Below are positions 16,018-23,486 of a stretch of DNA of 27,912 nucleotides, one piece after another. The stretch's first letter is position 1; the number at the start of each line of letters is the position of its first letter. Below the pieces are notes generated by a model. That model was not told the origin of the DNA. It saw only the letters and a program-made list of their open reading frames with translations, and ran no database searches. Source of the DNA: a virus. Lineage: Duplodnaviria; Caudoviricetes. The DNA is taken from positions 1-27,912 of the IMG/VR virus record IMGVR_UViG_3300022844_000020; one strand, given 5' to 3'. The position numbers were made by a program, and so were the translations under genes.

Positions 16018-16965
16018 ATGCCTAATCTATTAACCAACGAAGAAATTCAAGCGCTTGTACAAAAAGCGGCGATTCTTACAACTACCGGTGGGCAATTGTC
16101 CCCCAAACAAGCATCCGATTTTGTAAATCTGATGACCGATCAAACAACCGTTCTGCAACAAATGCGGGTAATCTCCGATATTGAGACTAGCTACGATGTA
16201 GATGGCTTAGAATTCGGCGATCCTGTGATTCGCGCTCCTGGTGAAACGCTTACTTCAGACGGTGGCGATCCTCGCGACCCTGATATGCCTCGCCTACGAT
16301 TAACACCCGTGAAATTCCAAGCCGATGTTAACCTGTCGTATGACTTCATTCGCAAGAATGTGAGCAAGGAAAATGCCGAGCAAGAAATCAACGCCGCTAT
16401 TGCTAAGCGAATCGGTATGGATATCGTGAACCTCGTGTTCAACGGTGATACTTCTCTCGCAAACGATACCGCACAAAATAAAGCACTTCGTATTATTGAT
16501 GGCTTGATAAAACAAGTGAAAGCGGATGCGCAAGTGAACGATTTTGTTGTGGGAGCTTCACCTACTTATGTAGGTGCAAACTCAGAATTCGGCAAGGCTC
16601 TATCAACCATTCCGAAGCAATACCGCGACAATCGTGACGCATTGATTCACTTCTGTTCGGTGGATACGATGGACGATTATGAGGATGAAATCGCAGATCG
16701 CCCAACTGCAGCTGCTGATAATGTGCTATTTGGCACTAACAAAATCAGCATGCACAAGCGTGTTAAGATTGCAGCTCCGTTTGGCTTCCCGGATAACAAA
16801 ATCTTATCCAGTGTGGCTTCCAACTTTGTGGTGGGATTCGGTCGCAACATGAAGATGTACCGCCAAGAACAGCACAGAAAGCAGCAAGTAGAGCTTACTA
16901 TTGTAGGTGATATCGATTGCGGATTTGTGTTTGACCGCGCGATTGCATTCGGCGAGCAGGCTTAG
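16018..16965 (+). CDS. Major capsid protein (HK97 fold, XkdG-like)
   Basis: GGQLSPKQA..F, LVFNGDT, IDGLIK motifs; follows the protease and precedes a terminator. Confidence 0.85.
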   Translation: MPNLLTNEEIQALVQKAAILTTTGGQLSPKQASDFVNLMTDQTTVLQQMRVISDIETSYDVDGLEFGDPVIRAPGETLTSDGGDPRDPDMPRLRLTPVKFQADVNLSYDFIRKNVSKENAEQEINAAIAKRIGMDIVNLVFNGDTSLANDTAQNKALRIIDGLIKQVKADAQVNDFVVGASPTYVGANSEFGKALSTIPKQYRDNRDALIHFCSVDTMDDYEDEIADRPTAAADNVLFGTNKISMHKRVKIAAPFGFPDNKILSSVASNFVVGFGRNMKMYRQEQHRKQQVELTIVGDIDCGFVFDRAIAFGEQA

Positions 16966-16984
16966 AAACTAAACCCCTGATAGA

Positions 16985-17018
16985 AAAGGTCGGTGCTCTT
17001 GTGTGGGTGCCGACCTTT
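16985..17018 (+). terminator. Hairpin / terminator after the capsid gene
   Basis: AAAGGTCGGTGCTC-ttgtgt-GGGTGCCGACCTTT. Confidence 0.65.
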
Positions 17019-17066
17019 ACAATCATTTCGATTTAATGAACTACACTTTAACCAAATTTTAGACCC

Positions 17067-17591
17067 ATGAAAAAATTACTTCACAACTTTTTAATGATTT
17101 TCGCGGTAATTGCCGCTTTTGCGATTCCGTTGCAGGCACAAACCTATGACAGCGCCGTTACGGTAGTAGAAGGCAGTACCTTCATCAGATATACAGGCTC
17201 AGCAGAGGTCACCACAACCGAAAGCACGTACACCCAAGCCATGTTTCTTGCGGATGCAAGTGCAAATTATGCGTTTATCGCTGCAAGTTTGCCTGATGTT
17301 ACAGGCACCGAGGACGTGAATGTTCTCGTAGAATTCAGCAATGATCTATTGAACTGGACGGCAGGTGGAACTACCGTGATTGATCAACTTACCACTACAG
17401 CTAGGTATGATACTCTTAATTCCGTTGCAGGTACAGAATTCACGTATTGGAAAGGATCGGTATGGTTCAGGCTTGTTTTTGATGGTCAGACTGGTAATCC
17501 CACCAACACCGCGTCCTGGAATGTGATTTTGCCCAAGAATGCAGGCGCACCCCTAAAAGGCGCAGCAAACGCTGTTAATAGACGAACCTAG
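17067..17591 (+). CDS. Beta-rich protein with a Sec signal peptide
   Basis: MKKLLHNFLMIFAVIAAFAIPLQA|QTYD; Thr/Val/aromatic-rich mature part. Confidence 0.75.
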   Translation: MKKLLHNFLMIFAVIAAFAIPLQAQTYDSAVTVVEGSTFIRYTGSAEVTTTESTYTQAMFLADASANYAFIAASLPDVTGTEDVNVLVEFSNDLLNWTAGGTTVIDQLTTTARYDTLNSVAGTEFTYWKGSVWFRLVFDGQTGNPTNTASWNVILPKNAGAPLKGAANAVNRRT

Positions 17592-17624
17592 AATTTTCAA
17601 TTCAAATTAATACCGGACACCATT

Positions 17625-17954
17625 ATGCCAAAAACAGAATATACCCTAACTCGCCGAGGATCAATTACAGGTCCTATTGACGAGAAGACGAAAAAGCCTA
17701 GCTACCACTACGATCGTGGTGATGTAATTAGCGAAGAGCAGCACAAAGAGCTGATTGCTCGCCACAAAGATCAGTTTGAGCTTGGCGCTAAGGATTTGAA
17801 CAAATCTAAAGATCCTAAGACAAAAGCCCAGGACCAAGTAATTGCTGAACTGATTGAACGAGTAGAAGCTCTAGAGCAAGTATTAGCAGAACCCGTAGCG
17901 AAAGAAGCAGGCGAAGAGCTTGCGCCAAAATCACCGGCTAAAAACCCTAAATAA
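17625..17954 (+). CDS. Hypothetical head-region protein
   Basis: 109-aa ORF with a short coiled coil. Confidence 0.7.
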   Translation: MPKTEYTLTRRGSITGPIDEKTKKPSYHYDRGDVISEEQHKELIARHKDQFELGAKDLNKSKDPKTKAQDQVIAELIERVEALEQVLAEPVAKEAGEELAPKSPAKNPK

Positions 17955-17960
17955 TAGTAC

Positions 17961-18482
17961 ATGTCGTCGCTAGTAACCACATCAGATCTTATGAATACCT
18001 ACATTGGCATTGGCAAGAAAGCCAGTACCAAGGTGTTTTTGTATCAGCCCATTGCTGAGCGGGATCTTCGTGCGTTACTTACCGACACCTTGTACGATGC
18101 CCTTGTCACCGATCTGCCCGGAAATGGTGTGGATGCCTTGAGTGCCGCTCGCGCTGAGTGCCTCCTGGCTCTGCATCATTCGATTACCATTTTGGGTTTT
18201 CGAGTGGTTGATGATGGAGGCTTGGCCAAGCATTTTGGATTAGGTGATTATGCAGGTGAACTGCTCTCGCCGTTCCAAATTGGCACCTTGAAGAAGAATA
18301 TTCATGCTCAGGCGTTGGAAGCCATTCGGCATCTGATTCCAGCCAGTGAAATTGACGGCGCTATTTTTAAGGATCAAGCGGATCTTGATGCGCAGTACCA
18401 GGGCAATGGCTTTGGATTTACGGCGGTTGGAGATCCTGATTCGGATGATATCAATTATAGAACTGGATTGGGGATACTATGA
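17961..18482 (+). CDS. Putative head-tail adaptor
   Basis: Position and size only. Confidence 0.5.
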   Translation: MSSLVTTSDLMNTYIGIGKKASTKVFLYQPIAERDLRALLTDTLYDALVTDLPGNGVDALSAARAECLLALHHSITILGFRVVDDGGLAKHFGLGDYAGELLSPFQIGTLKKNIHAQALEAIRHLIPASEIDGAIFKDQADLDAQYQGNGFGFTAVGDPDSDDINYRTGLGIL

Positions 18483-18958
18483 GCATTCGCAAAGAAGGAC
18501 ATATTGATCCAATTAAGGATGAAAAGAAAATCCGTCGCGAAGTCGAAAAAGAAATGCAACGCATGGGTTTACATGCTGAAAGAACGATACTCGACTACTT
18601 TCAAAAACACAATATTGATGATCGTGGTGATCTTGCAAAAAGTGTGTATAGCGAAGTGAAAACCACGCTTAAACGGATTCAGCTCCAATTTGGGACTAAT
18701 GCCAAGCATGGCATTTTTGTGCATGATGGCACAAAGCCACATTGGGCGCCCATCAAAGCGCTCGAAAAATGGGTAGTGCGAAAGTTGGGAATGAGTTTTC
18801 CTGAAGCTGGGCAAGTAGCCCGCAAAATTCAGTTGAAAATTGCGAAAAAAGGCACGAAAGCGAAACCTTACGCCGCCGTTACTATGCGATTATTGCAACG
18901 CACGGCTCCAATGAAAATTGAAGCCGCTATTGCGAGAGGTATTCGAATTGCAAGTTAA
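18479..18958 (+). CDS. HK97 gp10 / neck (tail completion)-like protein
   Basis: DRGDLAKS, FVHDGTKPHWAP...W, IAKKGTKAKPY motifs. Confidence 0.75.
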   Translation: MSIRKEGHIDPIKDEKKIRREVEKEMQRMGLHAERTILDYFQKHNIDDRGDLAKSVYSEVKTTLKRIQLQFGTNAKHGIFVHDGTKPHWAPIKALEKWVVRKLGMSFPEAGQVARKIQLKIAKKGTKAKPYAAVTMRLLQRTAPMKIEAAIARGIRIAS

Positions 18959-19358
18959 TGTAAAAGAAATATTGACAGCTGCAGCTGCTTTGGATGTGTT
19001 CGAAAAAGTATTAGATCGCCCAGTAGTAGGTAAAGATGATGTACCTGCCTTCGTGATTTTAGGTCGCTCTAAAGATTTTGAGAGCTTTGATACCGGCAAT
19101 ACGCAATACAATGGCGCTTGGGAATACCAGTGCCTAATTGCGGACGAAATGGACAAAGACGAAGCCGATAGCGCCACGTATGAAGGAACCGATTACACCG
19201 CTATTGAGGGATATTTTACAAGTTTCTGCACCGCTTTTTTAGGAGATGGTGCATGGAAAATTGAAGGGCTGGTTGATTTTGCACCCTATGCTATAAATGG
19301 AAGAGAATTGTTAGGCGTAGCATTTACCCTTGCCAAGCACCAAATGGATAGATTTTGA
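18918..19358 (+). CDS. Putative tail terminator protein (start may be TTG 18948)
   Basis: Acidic, about 140 aa, follows the gp10-like gene; positional inference. Confidence 0.5.
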   Translation: MKPLLREVFELQVNVKEILTAAAALDVFEKVLDRPVVGKDDVPAFVILGRSKDFESFDTGNTQYNGAWEYQCLIADEMDKDEADSATYEGTDYTAIEGYFTSFCTAFLGDGAWKIEGLVDFAPYAINGRELLGVAFTLAKHQMDRF

Positions 19359-19816
19359 TGAGTGATTCAAACAGACATATAGATCTATGGCGCATTCGCG
19401 AGACAGGTGTAAGCAATTTGGGTTATTTGCATTTGCTTGAAGGAACCAAAACTGTGCATAGCTTAGTAAGTATTGAGCCAACCGAGCTGTTCAATCTGCC
19501 CGAAATTAGTTGCATTAAGGAAGGCGAATATTCGGTGGAGCATCATGTAAGTCCAACTTTTGGCAAGTGCCTATTGGTGAAGGATGTAGAAGGTCGAAGT
19601 CATGTGTTATTTCATACTGGGAATTTCTTTGAAAATACCAAGGCGTGCATTCTTCCAGGCGTGTATTTCGGTTATGCCAATAAGGATGCACAGATCGATG
19701 CAATTGAGAGCAAAGTTGCCTTAGATAAGATATTAGCGTTTGTACCTGCAGCTGGGTGTAAACTAACCATCAAAAAAGTAGACAATTTTCAAAGCGTATT
19801 TGGGGGGCAACAATGA
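19355..19816 (+). CDS. DUF5675-family putative endolysin
   Basis: SCIKEGEY, SPTFG, GRSHVLFHTGN...TKACILPG. Confidence 0.75.
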   Translation: MMSDSNRHIDLWRIRETGVSNLGYLHLLEGTKTVHSLVSIEPTELFNLPEISCIKEGEYSVEHHVSPTFGKCLLVKDVEGRSHVLFHTGNFFENTKACILPGVYFGYANKDAQIDAIESKVALDKILAFVPAAGCKLTIKKVDNFQSVFGGQQ

Positions 19817-20079
19817 GTGATTCAGATAATGCCCGTATAGAAATTCTTGAGTCGCAATTAACGGCGGCCAACCAGAGCTTGCAGCGCATTGAAACCGCTC
19901 TTACGGGTGACGATGCGATGGGGCAAGCCGGTTTAGTTAACCGTGTGGGTACGCTGGAAAAAACAGCGAAATCACTTGAAAATGCACGTTGGTATGTATT
20001 AGGCGCAGTTGCCGTTATTGTGGTTTTAGCTGGATTTGGTGCCTGGGCGGTAGATACATTTTTAAAATTTAAAGGATAA
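19813..20079 (+). CDS. Holin-like protein (coiled coil plus C-terminal TM helix)
   Basis: TM WYVLGAVAVIVVLAGFGAWAV; adjacent to the lysin. Confidence 0.55.
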   Translation: MSDSDNARIEILESQLTAANQSLQRIETALTGDDAMGQAGLVNRVGTLEKTAKSLENARWYVLGAVAVIVVLAGFGAWAVDTFLKFKG

Positions 20080-20083
20080 TATT

Positions 20084-20557
20084 ATGAGTAAGCCACGAAT
20101 TCCCATACTGAGTTTTATCGCCGATGCCATTATCGGCAAAAACAATTTTGGCAAGAAAGCCAACGAATTCCTGCCAGCTCGAAAAACCCGTGAAGCGGTT
20201 GGGTCTGTAATACAAGGAGTTGGTGATTTAGTGCCTAAAGCCCAGGCCAAAGATGCCAGTATTATACGCGATGCTGCTAAAGCCAAGCAGATTTTGGGAG
20301 ACATTCCAAAAGACACTGAGCAGATTAAAAAGATGCTGAATGAATCTCCGGATCTTATTGCAGAAAAACTTTACCAGGCTAAAGATTTACTGGATGATGG
20401 TCGCCTGAATGACAGCGCCGACGGCTTAACTGCAGACACTAAATTTAAGATTCGAATTGGTACGAGCATTGCCATAATTAGTGGTGTTGCCTACCAACTT
20501 TTAGCGATGTGGTTTGATTGGCCACTACTCCCAATATTCAAATTTATAGGATTATAA
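20084..20557 (+). CDS. Membrane protein, possibly lysis-related
   Basis: C-terminal hydrophobic segment. Confidence 0.55.
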   Translation: MSKPRIPILSFIADAIIGKNNFGKKANEFLPARKTREAVGSVIQGVGDLVPKAQAKDASIIRDAAKAKQILGDIPKDTEQIKKMLNESPDLIAEKLYQAKDLLDDGRLNDSADGLTADTKFKIRIGTSIAIISGVAYQLLAMWFDWPLLPIFKFIGL

Positions 20558-20559
20558 CC

Positions 20560-20874
20560 ATGCCAGCACAACAAGGCGAAGAATATCGAATTATTGCACC
20601 ACGGGCACCCGAAGGCGGTCGCTTACCGTATGTTAACGGTGTGCAGATCTCTATCGATCAATACACAAGCACCTTCACGGATGCAACAGGCAAGCAATTA
20701 GTTGTTACCGATTTAGTGGGCGATGTAATTAAGGCATCTGCCAATGTCGCATACCCACGAGGCACGATTAACGATTACCGCAATCTGCAATGGATTGATG
20801 AGAATCCAGATCGGTTCGAGTTGATTGTAGCTGAACCTGAACCTGAACCTGAACCTGAATCCCAACCCGAATAA
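20560..20874 (+). CDS. Hypothetical protein with a Pro-Glu tail
   Basis: ATG 20560; (CTGAAC)x4 at 20831-20854. Confidence 0.65.
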   Translation: MPAQQGEEYRIIAPRAPEGGRLPYVNGVQISIDQYTSTFTDATGKQLVVTDLVGDVIKASANVAYPRGTINDYRNLQWIDENPDRFELIVAEPEPEPEPESQPE

Positions 20875-20904
20875 TTTCATTAACCCCCAAAAAAGGAACC
20901 TATT

Positions 20905-21327
20905 ATGGCAACATATAACCCAGCCGGCCTAAAGGCTGTTCATTACAGCACCGACGGCACCGACGATTCGTGGACAGCAATTGCAGGACCTATTGCAGCA
21001 GCAGAAGGCCTTGAAGAGACTACCATCGAACAATTAATTACAAATTCTAGCTACCAATCTGGTGGCAGTATCAATCCAACCATCACCTTCATGGATCACG
21101 CCACTAAGGCAACGATGAAGGGATTTGCAGTTGGCAACTCAAGAGCTGCGAAATTCTTTGCGTTCGAATATCTCAACGGCAGACTGATGAAAACAAGTCT
21201 TGCCATCTTTCCACACGTTACCGAAGCGCCTAAATTCCAGCGGTCAGAAGGCGATTCTGGGTGGAAGCTGATGCTTAAATTGGATGATGATGCACCGATT
21301 GCCGAACTCGATTCCTTGACTGCTTAA
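20905..21327 (+). CDS. Putative major tail tube protein
   Basis: 140 aa, followed by a terminator, upstream of chaperone and tape measure; paralog of the next gene. Confidence 0.55.
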   Translation: MATYNPAGLKAVHYSTDGTDDSWTAIAGPIAAAEGLEETTIEQLITNSSYQSGGSINPTITFMDHATKATMKGFAVGNSRAAKFFAFEYLNGRLMKTSLAIFPHVTEAPKFQRSEGDSGWKLMLKLDDDAPIAELDSLTA

Positions 21328-21346
21328 TTCTATTAAAAGCCCTTTT

Positions 21347-21379
21347 GGTAGCGATGCTTGAGTGTATCGCTACCTTTTT
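21347..21379 (+). terminator. Intrinsic terminator
   Basis: GGTAGCGATGC-ttgagt-GTATCGCTACC followed by TTTTT. Confidence 0.75.
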
Positions 21380-21402
21380 CTAACTCAAAAAAATCTACCA
21401 AT

Positions 21403-22293
21403 ATGGGAACGTATAAAAAAGATTCGTACAAAGCCGCCGCCATCTATGATCCAGCCACGGGTGACAAAGCGCAAATGAATGTAATGATAGCTCCAGATAC
21501 CAAATTCTACGAGCCTGAGATCATTCCGCAAGCCATAACCAACGGAGAATATCAAAGCGGGTGGAAGTTTAGGGTAGATCTAGCAAGCTCCGATTGGGAT
21601 GCCTATGCGCAATTAAGAACCTTCAAGAATGCCTACACCGGTGTACGAGCTGTAGCCGCTGGAGCTGGCGTGGGTACCAAAAACCTACAATGGTACGAGA
21701 CGGTACAAATTGCTGAATTGCGCGTAGTACCGAAATCCAACCGAAGCGAAGGCGATAGCCATTTTATAGTTAGCCTTATTTTTGAAGGTGGCGAAAATGC
21801 AGCGATCTTCACCAACGTGAACCTATTGCACCAAGCAAATGTGAATGCGGTGACGGTTACTGGATTTGTGGATAGTGACACTAATGGTATTGCTAATGGG
21901 TTTACCAATCAAGCATCAGCAACGCTATCTTTTGCTGCGGGGGTACAAACTATTACTGGTGCAACTGGAGGAATGGGTATTAATAGTAATATTTCATTTC
22001 CAATTGGAATAGGGAAAATGAAATTTTCGGTAGAGCAAATAACTGGTCGCGCAAATAAAGCTTCACTAGTCCTAGTTTCTAAAAATTTTACTGATTCATC
22101 ACTAGGGACAACTGAGGTTATTTTAGAAACAGTTTTTGTTGGAATTGCAAGTGGAAGTTTAAGCCTATCATCTACGAATTTTATTTTAAGTCTAAGTATA
22201 CAATGTAGAAGCTCTGGTGGCACAGACACGTCTTTTGAAGTCACCAAACCCTGCCTACGAACCGATGGAAGTAGCAGTTATGTAGCAGGGTAA
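21403..22293 (+). CDS. Tail-tube paralog with an extra C-terminal beta domain
   Basis: Shares M.TY...KA, ITN..YQSG and PK..RSEGDS with the upstream gene; ATG 21403. Confidence 0.6.
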   Translation: MGTYKKDSYKAAAIYDPATGDKAQMNVMIAPDTKFYEPEIIPQAITNGEYQSGWKFRVDLASSDWDAYAQLRTFKNAYTGVRAVAAGAGVGTKNLQWYETVQIAELRVVPKSNRSEGDSHFIVSLIFEGGENAAIFTNVNLLHQANVNAVTVTGFVDSDTNGIANGFTNQASATLSFAAGVQTITGATGGMGINSNISFPIGIGKMKFSVEQITGRANKASLVLVSKNFTDSSLGTTEVILETVFVGIASGSLSLSSTNFILSLSIQCRSSGGTDTSFEVTKPCLRTDGSSSYVAG

Positions 22294-22297
22294 TGCC

Positions 22298-22807
22298 ATG
22301 CCGATAGACCGTATCAAATATGTTGGGTTCCAGTTTAACGAGGGCGAAATGACTATTTTTAAGGCGGGCGAGCTTAAGTATGAGTTTGTAGAGACCCTTA
22401 ACAAGTGGAACCTAATTGATGGAACCTACGTGGTTGATAAGCGCTATAGACATATCAAATTCAAGATATTACTGCAGTATTTGGGGCAACAAAATACAAC
22501 AGTAGCAGGGCTACCAACGACGCTTACGCAACAATTCGGGGATACTTTAGAAGCTCTAGAAACCACAGAGCTAAGCCTTAGTGCATTACTTACCTTTTTT
22601 GGAGTACCAGGCGAAGACATATGGTTTTATCCGCGATTAGTCGATCAGTTCGATGCGGTAGATACTACCTACTACCCTGTAGTGTGCGATCAGAAGAGCT
22701 TTTCGATAATGGACGCCAAAAAAAACGGGCGATTTCCGATGTACTTACCCATTACTTTTCAAACCATAACACCAGTAGCGACTTACCCTACTTGGATTAA
22801 CCGCTAA
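22298..22807 (+). CDS. Tail protein (possibly Dit-like)
   Basis: LIDGTYVVD...FKILLQYL pattern; tail-module position. Confidence 0.45.
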   Translation: MPIDRIKYVGFQFNEGEMTIFKAGELKYEFVETLNKWNLIDGTYVVDKRYRHIKFKILLQYLGQQNTTVAGLPTTLTQQFGDTLEALETTELSLSALLTFFGVPGEDIWFYPRLVDQFDAVDTTYYPVVCDQKSFSIMDAKKNGRFPMYLPITFQTITPVATYPTWINR

Positions 22808-22824
22808 CTTAACCGGGCAACCTA

Positions 22825-23247
22825 ATGAGCACAGAAGAACCAAAACGATACGAACTTTTTGATATTGATCGCCAAAATTTTATTACAAATTTTGTAATCC
22901 ACAAAACCACCAAGCAACACATTCGTGCCGTATGTGCGGTACAGGCTCAAAATGTGAGTCTCAGCGATGCAAGTCGCGCCGTGTATGCTCGTGATGCTGG
23001 TTTTTTCTTGGGGGATGAGGATGCGGAAGTTCCTGATGTGTACGACAGCTACACCGCGCCTGCTGCACTTGCCGAAGCCTTATTCAAAGGATGCCCGAAA
23101 TTACTTTCTGTGTCGGGCGCAACGATAGAAATAGTAGACGAAGAGCTATTCAACAGCCTAGACGAGGGAATGGTGATGGCGGGTTTTTTGGCTTTTCAAC
23201 AGCAGCGCGGAAAGACACTGAGCACGCGGCTGAATTACTTGAGCTAA
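22825..23247 (+). CDS. Tail assembly chaperone (gpG-like)
   Basis: Upstream of the tape measure gene, with an overlapping -1 frame. Confidence 0.65.
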   Translation: MSTEEPKRYELFDIDRQNFITNFVIHKTTKQHIRAVCAVQAQNVSLSDASRAVYARDAGFFLGDEDAEVPDVYDSYTAPAALAEALFKGCPKLLSVSGATIEIVDEELFNSLDEGMVMAGFLAFQQQRGKTLSTRLNYLS

Positions 23248-23486
23248 TTGCTCAGTGGCCTACACCGCCAACGCCCGATAAGCCCGATCATAAGTTAGAC
23301 GATTATCGGTGGGCAATTCGAGCTTGGAAACAAGATTATCTTAAAAATTTCGATACGATGGGAAAAATAGTACGACAATTGGCCCCAGGCAATCCCGACC
23401 TGCAGCACCGCTTAGAATGCGATTATACGCATACGCAAGTAGTACAGGCTTTTTGTGAAAAATTAATGTTCGCACACCATGGCTAA
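23184..23486 (+). CDS. -1 frameshift extension of the tail chaperone (gpGT-like)
   Basis: In-phase T TTT TTG at 23184-23190; -1 frame open to TAA 23486, overlapping the tape measure start. Confidence 0.6.
   Translation, partial: FFGFSTAARKDTEHAAELLELIAQWPTPPTPDKPDHKLDDYRWAIRAWKQDYLKNFDTMGKIVRQLAPGNPDLQHRLECDYTHTQVVQAFCEKLMFAHHG

Noticed and set aside
20831-20860. (CTGAAC)n repeat as a phase-variation switch
   Set aside because: The 6-bp unit keeps the frame and only encodes a Pro-Glu tail.
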